Source: an uncultured Chloroflexia bacterium (GTDB taxonomy: Bacteria; Chloroflexota; Limnocylindria; Limnocylindrales; CSP1-4). Taken from it: 64,000 nucleotides of DNA. Shown here in pieces: positions 29,149 to 38,068 of this stretch; the stretch's first letter is position 1; every line of letters begins with the position of its first letter. The notes under the pieces were generated by a model. The model had not been told where the DNA came from and made no database searches. It saw nothing but the letters and a program-made list of their open reading frames with translations. The position numbers were made by a program, and so were the translations under genes. Location of the stretch: NCBI GenBank assembly GCA_963720825.1, contig CAVRGY010000009.1, positions 155,665 to 219,664 on the forward strand, given 5' to 3'.

Positions 29149-30846
29149 TTGACGAGCCGAACGCTCACCGTCAGCGGGACGAGCTATCCCCTCGTCCTGC
29201 CCACGATCCGCGATCCGCGCCTCCATGTCGCCGCGGTCATCATCACGATCCACGTCCTGGGGCAGGTCGGGCTCCACTTCCGGGTCAGCGTGCCCCAGAT
29301 CCTGGCCGCGATCCTGACCTGCGCCGTGATCGAGGTCGTGCTGACGTTCAGGCTGAGCCGCGCGTTCGTATGGCCGGCCAGCGCGATGCTCACGGGGAGC
29401 GGCGTCGCGCTCATTCTGCGCGTCGTCGGGACGCCACTGGACACGCCCTGGGCGACCAACGACCTGTGGGTGTTCGCCGTCGTGGCCGGGCTGTCGCTGC
29501 TGTCCAAGTACGTGATCCGCTATCGCGGCTCGCACGTGTTCAACCCGTCCAACCTCGGGCTGGTCGTGGCGTTCGTGGTCCTGGGCAGCGGGCGCGTGGA
29601 GCCGCTCGACTTCTGGTGGGCGCCACTCGACGCCTGGATGCTGGCCGCCTATGCGGTGATCCTGGTCGGCGGCCTGCTGATCACCCGGCGGCTGCACCTG
29701 CTCCTGATGGCCGCGGCCTTCTGGGTCGCCCTCGCGGCCGGTGTCGGGCTGCTGGCCGCCTCGGGGCACTGCATGACCGCCAACTGGGCGTTCGCGCCGG
29801 TCTGCGGCGGGGACTTCGTGCGCGTGATCCTCACTTCACCCGAGGTCCTGATCTTCCTGCTGTTCATGATCACGGACCCCAAGACCGTGCCCGCGAGCCG
29901 GGTCGGGCGCGTCCTGTTCGGCGTCCTGGTTGCCGCTGCGAGCACGCTCCTCATCGCACCCCAGACCAACGAGTTCGGGACGAAGGTCGGGCTGCTCGCA
30001 GGCCTCGTGCTCGTGTGCGCGGTTCGCCCGCTCCTCGATCGCGTGCTGCCCGAGCCGCGCTCCGCCGCCGACCGGCTGGTCCCGTTCGCGACCCGCCTGG
30101 TCCGGGGCAGCAGCGCGGGCCTGGGGCTCGCCCGCAGTGCGCTCCGCGCAGGGTTGATCGTGGCCGCGACGCTCGGTCTCGGCGTCGGGATCGTTGCTGC
30201 GGGGACGCCCGCCCGCGAACCGGCGGCGCCCGACACCGGCGAGCTGCTCAACGGCGTCCCGCATGCCATCGATCCGGCCACGCTGCCCGTGATCACGTCG
30301 ACGTCCCGGCCTGGGACGAGACGATCGCCGCACCGGTGGCGCAGGGGATCCTGGTCACGCTGGGCGAGGACCTCGAGCTCGAGAACCAGGCACTGCTGCG
30401 CTCGGACCCGGACATCCTCACGGCCGTGGATCACGGCGACCGGCTCAGGGAGATGCAGGGCCGGCTCGAGGATGCGGTGACATCCGGCCGGACGACGGTC
30501 GCGCACTACCACTTCGACTCGGTCCACGTCATCGTCATCGCGCCGTTCGGGGTCCAGACCGGCGGCAGCATCGGGTTCGAGTCGACGGGCACGCTGACCG
30601 AGGAGACCTACGATGCCGAGTGGGGCGCTGCTCGACCGGCAGACGTCGCCATTCGCGCTCACGTTCGCGGTCCGGCGGGCGCTCGGGGACCGGTGGATGA
30701 TCGTGTCGGTGCAGCCGAACGGCACGCTGACGGGCGCGATCGACGCGGCGGGCGACATCGGCGACGCGGCCGCGACGCGTGTCCGCAACGCGGTGCAGGG
30801 CACCATTCGTGGGGTGAAGGTCGTCCTCAAGACCCGGCTCGAATAG
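29149..30846 (+). CDS. polytopic membrane protein (possible NQR2/RnfD/RnfE-family N-domain) with soluble C-terminal domain, two frame breaks (near 30290 and 30622)
   Basis: 'SHVFNPSNLGLVVAFVVLG' and 'LFMITDPKT' occur in the TM region. The C-terminal 'VDVPAWDETIAAPVAQGILVTLGEDLELEN...' and 'GALLDRQTSPFALTFAVRRALGDRWMIVSV' continue in two other frames and end at TAG 30846. Confidence 0.5.
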
Positions 30847-30889
30847 CGCTCGCGGCGCCGGCCGACCGGCAAGGCGCTACGATCCGGCC

Positions 30890-31420
30890 ATGATCGATCT
30901 CGTCATCACGCTTGTGGGTCCGGACCACCCGGGCATCGTCGACTCGGTGTCGGAGGTCGTCGCCGCGCACGGCGGCAACTGGCTCGACAGCCGGATGGCG
31001 CACCTCGCGGGCAAGTTCGCCGGCGTGCTCCGCGTCGAGGTGGCCGACGAGCAGGTGGCGGCGCTCGAGGAGGCGCTGGGCGGTCTCGGGGGCCGCGGGC
31101 TGCGGGTCGTGGTCGAGCGCAGCGAACTTGTCGAGGCGCCGCGGCTGCCCGCGAGGGAGATCGAGCTGCTCGGCCTCGACCGCCCCGGCCTGGTCCACGA
31201 GATCTCGGCCGTGCTCGCGGCGCACGGGATCAACGTCGAGGAGCTGGCCACGGACCTTCCACCGGCCGCCCATTCCGGCGACCGCATGTTCCGCGCCCTG
31301 ATCCGCGTGACCGTCCCCGAGGCTGCCGACCTGGCCGCAGTCCGCCAGGGCCTGGAGCGCCTGGCCGGCGACCTGATGGTGGAGATCCACCTGGCCGATA
31401 CCCCCGACGCCGGCCGCTGA
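30890..31420 (+). CDS. tandem ACT-domain protein (glycine cleavage system regulator GcvR-like)
   Basis: There are two ACT repeats: 'ITLVGPDHPGIVDSVSEVVAAHGGNW' and 'LLGLDRPGLVHEISAVLAAHGINV'. Confidence 0.7.
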   Translation: MIDLVITLVGPDHPGIVDSVSEVVAAHGGNWLDSRMAHLAGKFAGVLRVEVADEQVAALEEALGGLGGRGLRVVVERSELVEAPRLPAREIELLGLDRPGLVHEISAVLAAHGINVEELATDLPPAAHSGDRMFRALIRVTVPEAADLAAVRQGLERLAGDLMVEIHLADTPDAGR

Positions 31421-31495
31421 CGCCCTTCCCGGGCTCGACGGGCCATCGGCGTGCGCACCGGCAGAGTCCAACGAGGCCGGAACGAAGGTGACGCC

Positions 31496-32072
31496 ATGAA
31501 GCTTCTGCTCAGTCCGCGGGGATCATGAACCCGAGCATCCACGACGCGCTGGTCGGCCTCCTGGGCAAGCCGATCGGCGAGGCCAGCGCCCGTGCGGGTT
31601 GGGCTGGAAGTCGCTCGGAGTGCTGGAGCTGACCGTGTTGCCCGGCATCGACGATGACCTCTGGATCCCCATGGTCCGGGAGACCGACGCCCTCCTGGTG
31701 GGCGGTGGCGATCCCCTGATCTGTGCCACTGGATGGACAATCGGGTCTTGCGGACCTCTTCCCGTCGCTGGCTGAGACGGTCTACGTGGGCGTGAGCGCC
31801 GGGAGCCTGGTGATGGGTCCGCGCGTCGGGGAGGATTTCGTCGACGGCGATCCGCCGACCGGTGGCGACCGAGCGCTGGGACTGGTTGGCTTCTCGATGT
31901 TCCCGCACCTCGACCACGAGGCGATGCCGGAACACTCGCTGGCCGATGCGGAACGATGGGCCGCCCGCGTGCCGGGACCGGGGTACGCGATCGACGATCA
32001 GACCGCCATACAGGTCGTCGACGACACCGTCACCGTCATTTCCGAGGGGCAATGGAAGCTGTTTGCCCCTAG
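31496..32072 (+). pseudogene. peptidase S51 (dipeptidase E-like) remnant: frame breaks plus apparent internal deletion
   Basis: 'MKLLLS' is followed by a stop after 10 codons. 'NPSIHDALVGLLGKPIGEASA', 'GLGWKSLGVLELTVLPGIDDDLWIPMVRETDALLVGGGDP' and 'SGLADLFPSLAETVYVGVSAGSLVM' lie in different frames. The block normally found between 'GEASA' and 'GLGWKS' appears to be missing. A hairpin 'CCGAGG-ctcga-CCTCGG' (32074-32090) follows. Confidence 0.6.
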
Positions 32073-32118
32073 ACCGAGGCTCGACCTCGGCGTGCGGCAA
32101 CAGACGGTTTCGCTCGGT

Positions 32119-35022
32119 CTATTCGGACAGCGCGAAGGCGACGGCCTCGTCGCTGGTCATCACGCGACCCGCGGCCCACGCGGACCCGAGGACTTCCTCG
32201 TCGGTTTCGCTTCGAAGTCGGGCGATCTGTGCGTCGTATTCCTCGCGTTCGGCCGGCGTCATCCGGGACTCGGAGGCTTCGCGGAGCGCTTCGGCTGCGC
32301 CGAACAGGCGAGCCGCCCGAGCGCCGTCACCCCTCGCGAGCGCCACTGCCGCAAACGACTCGAGCTGGTTCGCGACCGCCCCGCGGTTCCCGGTCCGCTG
32401 CCAGCCCCGGATCGACTCGCGGTACTCGGCCTCGGCCTCGTCGATCCTGCCGTCGTGCCGCAGGGCATGGCCGAGCTCGCTCTGCGCGGAGAGCGCGAAC
32501 CGTCGGTCGTCGAGCGCGTCGAAGCGCGCCCTGGATTCACGGTACCAACGCTGCGCATCGCCCAGCCGGCCGGTCATGGCAGCGACGCGGCCACGAGCCT
32601 GCGCGACGTAGGCGGCGTCGAACGGGTTGGCCGAACGACCGGCGGCCTCGTGCGACCGCTCGAGCCAGCCATCCGCTGCGACCGGGTCGAACTGGGCCTC
32701 GATCATCGCGACCGAGACCGCAATGCGGGACAGACGGCCCCAGTCCCCGAGGTCCGTGGCGATCCTGACCGCATCGTCGGCGACGGAGCGCCACTCGCCG
32801 CGCAGCCCCGCCGGCGCGCTGGGATCCCCGCGAAACAGCCAGACATGGAGGGCGTCGGCGATCGCGACCGGATCCTCCGACGCCCTGGCAGCGGCGAGCG
32901 CCTCGTCGCCCAGCGCGAGCGTCTCCATTCGGCCGCCCATCGCGGCCAGGAACGAGGCGCCCGCGAGCGCACGGGCGGTGAGGCTGGCTCGGGTGCGTTG
33001 GGCCGCTTCCTGATCGGGCGCAGGACTCCGTCGCACGCGATCGACCGCCTGCAGGATGCGGTCGCGCCCCTCGGGTCCCATCGTGCGGGCCTGCCAGTAG
33101 CGGACCATCGAGACGCAGATCTCGAGCCCCGCCTCGGGGCTGGTCTCTGACGCCCAATCGAGCGCCGATCGCACGTTCTCGAGCTCCGTGTCCAGGCGAC
33201 GCAGCCACACCGGCGACTCCGCGCCGTCGAGCCCCCGCTCGGCATCGAGCGCCAGCTGTCGGAAGAACCGCAGGTGCCGGTCCCGGAGCGCCACCGTCTC
33301 GCCGCTCGCGGCGAGCTGGTCCGCGGCGTACTGGCGGACGTCTCGAGCATCCGGTATCGGGTGGAGCCCTCGTGGTCGGCCACGACGAGCGACCGATCGA
33401 CGAGGCGGCCGAGCCCGTCGATGGCGGCGAACCGCGCGGCCGCGTCCGCGCGCTCCGCCCGGGCGGGATCCTCGCCAGCCGCGTCGTCGACGGCGACCAC
33501 GGCCGCGGCGTCGAGCGTCCAGCCACCGGAGAACACGGCCACCCGGCGCAGGAGCCGGCGATCCTCGTCCTCGAGCAGGTCCCAGCTCCAGTCGATGAGG
33601 GCCTGCAGCGTTCGCTGCCGGGGCACCGCGGTGCGGCGTCCGCCCGTCAGGAGGCGGAAGCGGTCCCCCAGGCCCTCCGCGATCTCGTTGGCCGACAGGA
33701 CGTTGACGCGGGCTGCCGCGAGCTCGAGGGCAAGGGGAATGCCGTCCAGGCGCCGGCAGATCTCGACGATGGCCCGCACGTTCGACCGATCGATCGCGAA
33801 GGCCGGGAGGGTCGCGGTCGCACGGTCGACGAACAGCCGGACCGCCTCGGATCGACCGGCCTGCTCGACCTCCGCGTCGTCGATCGCCGCGTCCGGGTCG
33901 CGCGCCTCGCCGGCGAGCGTCGGCAGCGCCAGCGACGGCACGGCGAAGACGGCCTCGCCCTCGACGCCGAGGGGCTCCCGGCTCGTGGCCAGCACGCTGC
34001 AGCGCGGGACAGGCACCGAGCAGCTGATCGGCCACCTCGGCGGCGGCCTCGATGAGGTGCTCGCAGTTGTCGAGCAGCAGGAGGAGCTCCTTCGAGCGCA
34101 GGTAGTCGACGATCCCGTTGATCGGAGGCTGTCCCGGCTGTGGCTGGATGCCCAGGGCGCGGCCGATCTCGGACGTCACGAGCTCGGGGTCACTGACCGG
34201 CGCGAGCTCGACCAGCCAGGTGCCGTCGCGGTACCGGTCGAGGCCGTCAGCCGCGGCCTGGAGCGCGAGGCGGGTCTTGCCGGTGCCGCCCACGCCGACC
34301 AGCGTCACGAGGCGGCTGGTGGTGAGCAGCCGCGCGAGGTCGACCAGCTCCCGCTCGCGACCGACGAACGACGTCGCCTGGGGCCGGAGGTTCGTCGGGT
34401 GCTCGGCGCTCGTTCGCAGGGCCGGGAACGTGCGGCGCAGGCCCGGGGCGACGAGCTGGAAGACCTGCTCGGGCCGGTCGAGGTCGCGCAGCCGGTGCTC
34501 GCCCAGGTCCACGAGCTCGCACCCCGCCGGAAGGCTGCCCGCGACGAGCGCCGCGCTCGCGCCCGAGACGAGCACCTGGTCGCCGTGGCCGATCGCGAGC
34601 AGGCGCGCCACCCGGTTGACCGTCGGTCCGAAGAAGTCGTCATCGCGGACCTCGGCGGTCCCGGAGTGGATCGCCATCCGGACGCGCAGGCGGCCCGTCT
34701 CGGGCCAGCCGTGACGGTCGAGCGCGTGCTGGCCCTCGATCGCCGCGGCCAGCGCGGCCTCGCATTGGTCGAACGCGGCGAGCATCCCGTCGCCGGTCGT
34801 CTTGACGACCGTCCCGCCCGCATCCTCGACGGCCGTCCGGAGCAGGGCGTCATGCGCGGCGAGGGCGGCGCCCATCGCGGCCCGGTGCTCCTCCCAGAGC
34901 CGCGCGCTCCCCTCGATGTCCGTGAACAGGAACGTCTCGGTCCGGGACGGACGTGTCGGCGTCACTGCTCGCCCGATCTCGCTCGCACTCCGGGATTGTG
35001 GGGCCCTGTCGTGCGCCGTCAA
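32119..35022 (-). CDS. class III adenylate/guanylate cyclase - STAND (NB-ARC-like) ATPase - TPR protein, two frame breaks (near 34005 and 33340)
   Basis: The cyclase domain has 'TFLFTDIEGSARLW', 'KTTGDGMLAAF' and 'GPTVNRVARL'. The P-loop is 'GVGGTGKTRLA', followed by 'LLLLDNCEHL'. The middle part is in ORF 32703..34016 ('LDGIPLALELAAAR'). The C-terminus is TPR-like. An alternative start is GTG 34965. Confidence 0.8.
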   Translation of the reverse strand: MTAHDRAPQSRSASEIGRAVTPTRPSRTETFLFTDIEGSARLWEEHRAAMGAALAAHDALLRTAVEDAGGTVVKTTGDGMLAAFDQCEAALAAAIEGQHALDRHGWPETGRLRVRMAIHSGTAEVRDDDFFGPTVNRVARLLAIGHGDQVLVSGASAALVAGSLPAGCELVDLGEHRLRDLDRPEQVFQLVAPGLRRTFPALRTSAEHPTNLRPQATSFVGRERELVDLARLLTTSRLVTLVGVGGTGKTRLALQAAADGLDRYRDGTWLVELAPVSDPELVTSEIGRALGIQPQPGQPPINGIVDYLRSKELLLLLDNCEHLIEAAAEVADQLLGACPALQRAGHEPGAPRRRGRGRLRRAVAGAADARRRGARPGRGDRRRGGRAGRSIRGGPAVRRPCDRDPPGLRDRSVERAGHRRDLPAPGRHSPCPRARGSPRQRPVGQRDRGGPGGPLPPPDGRTPHRGAPAANAAGPHRLELGPARGRGSPAPAPGGRVLRWLDARRRGRGRRRRRGWRGSRPGGARGRGRAVRRHRRARPPRRSVARRGRPRGLHPIPDARDVRQYAADQLAASGETVALRDRHLRFFRQLALDAERGLDGAESPVWLRRLDTELENVRSALDWASETSPEAGLEICVSMVRYWQARTMGPEGRDRILQAVDRVRRSPAPDQEAAQRTRASLTARALAGASFLAAMGGRMETLALGDEALAAARASEDPVAIADALHVWLFRGDPSAPAGLRGEWRSVADDAVRIATDLGDWGRLSRIAVSVAMIEAQFDPVAADGWLERSHEAAGRSANPFDAAYVAQARGRVAAMTGRLGDAQRWYRESRARFDALDDRRFALSAQSELGHALRHDGRIDEAEAEYRESIRGWQRTGNRGAVANQLESFAAVALARGDGARAARLFGAAEALREASESRMTPAEREEYDAQIARLRSETDEEVLGSAWAAGRVMTSDEAVAFALSE

Positions 35023-35128
35023 CTACCCGGGACGTGGTGGTTCGGCGTGGCGATCTCCGTCGCTCTCGAGCGCACGCGAGTCCCTGGGTCGTGCATGGCT
35101 GAGTTGCCAAGCTGCTAGGCTCGCAATC

Positions 35129-37078
35129 GTGGATGAGGGGCGCTACCCGGAGCTTGGCGAGGCTGGGTACGGTTGGGCCTCGACCTTCCCGACGTTTCGT
35201 TCGACACCGGCGATCCAGATCCGAGGCTCACTGCAGGACTTCCTTCGTGAAGTTTCGGCGGAGCAGATCCATGCTTGGGATCTGTCGATCCCGCCCTTGC
35301 AGCGCGAGGTCAGTGAGGTCCTGCTGCAGTACTCAATGGCTGCGGACTACACGGCCATCCTCGAGTACGAGTTGCCGCTCGAGTTCCGGCGACCAGACGT
35401 CGTGTTGCTCATGGGCGGAACCGTACTCGTGCTTGAACTCAAAGGCAGAAACGTCGCCCAACGGGCAGATATCGACCAAGCGGCGGGGTACGTGCGCGAC
35501 CTGCGCGCCTACCACCGCGAGTGTGCCGACCGGCCCGTACATGGTGCGGTCGTGCTCGGGCAGGCGAGTGGCTATGTCGGCGAGGACGTCGGCATCCACG
35601 TGCTTGGGCTCGACGCAGTTGATGACCTCGCTGAGCGGCTCGACGTACACGACCCGGCTGCGATTGTTACTCCCGGGCAGTTCCTCGCAGCCAACGCCTA
35701 CCGGCCGCTCCCCAGCTTGGTCGAGTCCGCGCGCTCCTTGTTCGAGAGTGGCGAGCTGCCACGGATCAATCGTGCAGCCGCGGCGACAGAGCCCGCGCTG
35801 AGTCGCATCTCAGAGCTCATTCACGAAGCTGCTCGTACGCAGACACGTCGGCTGATCTTGCTGACCGGTGTCCCGGGTTCTGGCAAGACACTCGTTGGCC
35901 TTCAGGTCGCGCACGCCAGGTGGCTCGATGACCTCGCGGTCGATCGCGGGAATGGCAAGCCATCAGCCCCGGCCGTGTTCCTGTCGGGCAACGGACCTCT
36001 CGTAGAAGTCCTGCAGTACGAGCTGAAAGGTGCAGGGGGCGGCGGCAAGGCGTTCGTGCGCGGCGTCAAGGAGTACGTCTCCACCTATAGCCGCAGTCGG
36101 CAACTGATCCCACCCGAGCACGTGCTGATCTTCGACGAGGCCCAGCGGGCATTCGACGCGGCGATGGTCGCGCAGAAGCATCCCGAGAATGGGGATCGTC
36201 GGTCCGAGCCTGAGCACTTCATCGAGTTCGCCGAGCGGGTGCCTGGCTGGTGTGTGGTCATCGGGCTCATCGGCACGGGCCAGGAGATCCACGTCGGCGA
36301 GGAGGGTGGGTCAATCCAATGGCGCCGAGCGGTGGAGGAAAGTGTCGCGGCCGATTGGATCGTCCACGCATCGCCCGATCTGGCGAATGAGTTCGGGGAT
36401 CTTGCGCGGGCGATGCTCGAGCCCGCACTGCGACTGGACGAGGAACTGCGCTATCACCTGGCGGAGGACAACCATGCATTCGTCGCGCAGTTGCTCGAGG
36501 GTGCACCGGCAGGATCCCTCCGGCCGCTGGCCGAGTTACTCGAGAGGCAGGGTTACCACCTGCGGCTCACACGGGATCTAGCGGAAGCATCCGACTACCT
36601 TCGTACGCGCTACGCGGGGGATCCGACAGCGCGATTTGGGCTCATTGCGTCATCGAAGGATCGGGATCTCCCACGCTTCGGAGTCAACAACGATTTCCAG
36701 TCGACCAAGCGAGTGCACTTCGGACCTTGGTACGCGGAGGGCGACGGCGACTACCTCGGGCGATCGTGCCGGACGCTTCGAGAGTGCGTGACCGAGTTCG
36801 GGGCGCAGGGCCTGGAGCTCGACGCCTCGCTGCTTGCCTGGGGGACGGACTTCGTCCGCGATCATGGGCATTGGTCGAACGCACGCGCTCGCGGCTACCA
36901 GAAAGCATGGATGCTCAAAGACCCATATCGACTCCGCCTGAACTCGTACCGGGTCCTGCTAACGCGCAGTCGGGACGCCACAGTGGTATTCGTGCCGCCC
37001 ATCCCGGTCCTCGACGAGACATATGAGTACCTGCGCGAGTGCGGGTTTCGGCTGGTGTCGGAAGGCGTGTCGCAGTGA
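35129..37078 (+). CDS. DUF2075-family P-loop NTPase (Schlafen group-3-like helicase domain) with N-terminal PD-(D/E)xK-like module
   Basis: Intact ORF with GTG 35129 as the first plausible start. The nuclease-like motif is 'EYELP..RRPDVVLLMGGTVLVLELKG'. Walker A is 'LTGVPGSGKT' and Walker B is 'VLIFDEAQR'. The C-terminus carries 'YRVLLTRSRD'. Confidence 0.75.
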   Translation: MDEGRYPELGEAGYGWASTFPTFRSTPAIQIRGSLQDFLREVSAEQIHAWDLSIPPLQREVSEVLLQYSMAADYTAILEYELPLEFRRPDVVLLMGGTVLVLELKGRNVAQRADIDQAAGYVRDLRAYHRECADRPVHGAVVLGQASGYVGEDVGIHVLGLDAVDDLAERLDVHDPAAIVTPGQFLAANAYRPLPSLVESARSLFESGELPRINRAAAATEPALSRISELIHEAARTQTRRLILLTGVPGSGKTLVGLQVAHARWLDDLAVDRGNGKPSAPAVFLSGNGPLVEVLQYELKGAGGGGKAFVRGVKEYVSTYSRSRQLIPPEHVLIFDEAQRAFDAAMVAQKHPENGDRRSEPEHFIEFAERVPGWCVVIGLIGTGQEIHVGEEGGSIQWRRAVEESVAADWIVHASPDLANEFGDLARAMLEPALRLDEELRYHLAEDNHAFVAQLLEGAPAGSLRPLAELLERQGYHLRLTRDLAEASDYLRTRYAGDPTARFGLIASSKDRDLPRFGVNNDFQSTKRVHFGPWYAEGDGDYLGRSCRTLRECVTEFGAQGLELDASLLAWGTDFVRDHGHWSNARARGYQKAWMLKDPYRLRLNSYRVLLTRSRDATVVFVPPIPVLDETYEYLRECGFRLVSEGVSQ

Positions 37079-37210
37079 CAAACCTCTATCCTCTCGCCCG
37101 GTCGCATCGCAGGGCTCCAGATCCCAATGCAGGGTCCACGGAATGCGGATGATCCCGAGAAGCGGGAGAAGGCACCGATTGGGCTTCTTCACACGTTCAT
37201 GGCGGGAAAG

Positions 37211-37286
37211 TGGAGCGGGAGACGGGATTCGAACCCGCGACATTCTGCTTGGGAAGCAGACACTCTGCCAGCTGAGTTACTCCCGC
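37211..37286 (-). tRNA. tRNA-Gly (anticodon CCC), CCA encoded
   Basis: The reverse complement is GCGGGAG-TA-ACTC-AGCTGGCA-GAGT-G-TCTGC-TTCCCAA-GCAGA-ATGTC-GCGGG-TTCGAAT-CCCGT-CTCCCGC-T-CCA. It folds into a complete 76-nt cloverleaf. Confidence 0.93.
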
Positions 37287-37519
37287 TCGGGAGCCTGCCA
37301 ATCCTAATCGAGAGTGCCTGCTGGCTCAAGCGATGCTTGCGACGGAGGCGGTTTCGGGGGGGAGGGCGATGCCGCGCCGCTCCGGTGCCACGGAGCGCGC
37401 ATCCGCCAACCCGTACCTTCGGGTAGTGACCTGATTTGCCGCCTGGATCGAGAGTGGTTCTCCAAGCCTAACGCGCGGACGCTCCCTGCCCGCATGAATG
37501 CAACTCCGAGGGGTGACAC

Positions 37520-37951
37520 GTGGCGAACGCAGCCGTGGTCTTCGAGACGAAGTCGGGACCTGGCCTCCTGGTCCGAGCCGTCTGGTTCCTGTTCGTCGGG
37601 TGGTGGCTGACCGCGATCATGTCGGCCATCGCCTGGGCTGCGATGATCACCATCATCGGGCTACCACTCGGGATCTACCTCATCAATCGCATCCCGACGT
37701 TCATCACCCTGCGGCCCCGTACGCGGCAGATCACGGCCACGATGGAGGCCGGTCTGCTCCGGATCAGCGAGCACAAGCGGAGCCAGCAACCCTGGTACAT
37801 CCGTCTCGTGTGGTTCATCTTCATCGGCTCGTGGACGTCGGCGATCGCGATGATCGTGGCCTGGGTGCTGTGCGTCTTGATCCTGACCTTGCCGCTCGGG
37901 CTACTGCTCTACAACCGGATCCCGTTCCTGGCGTCCCTGTACCGCTACTAG
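37520..37951 (+). CDS. yccF: YccF-domain inner membrane protein
   Basis: 143 aa with a duplicated 'W(F)LFVGWW...IIGLPLG' / 'WFIFIGSW...LTLPLGLL' architecture typical of YccF. The start is GTG. Confidence 0.7.
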   Translation: MANAAVVFETKSGPGLLVRAVWFLFVGWWLTAIMSAIAWAAMITIIGLPLGIYLINRIPTFITLRPRTRQITATMEAGLLRISEHKRSQQPWYIRLVWFIFIGSWTSAIAMIVAWVLCVLILTLPLGLLLYNRIPFLASLYRY

Positions 37952-37965
37952 GGTCGTCGTCGCGG

Positions 37966-37989
37966 TGCGCCGTCTCAACCCCCGGCGCA
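37966..37989. terminator. hairpin between convergent yccF and icl
   Basis: 'TGCGCCG-N10-CGGCGCA' forms a 7-bp stem 15 nt after the yccF stop. Confidence 0.25.
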
Positions 37990-38068
37990 GACGATCTCGC
38001 TCACGGCACCCAGACCGAGCACTGGATCGAGTCGGGAACCGAGATGGTGCTGCTCGAGGCGTGCGCGC

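Noticed and set aside
37307-37456. A 10-nt direct repeat 'ATCGAGAGTG' at 37307-37316 and 37447-37456, between tRNA-Gly and yccF.
   Set aside because: It is short, 140 nt apart and has no associated feature. It could be chance. It is not convincing as an att remnant or operator.
35023-37520. A tRNA-Gly-associated integrative element (genomic island with att sites).
   Set aside because: There is no integrase or recombinase gene. I found no duplicate of the tRNA 3' segment ('GGGATTCGAACCCGCGAC') in the flanks. Only compositional and positional hints remain; these are reported as a finding with that caveat.
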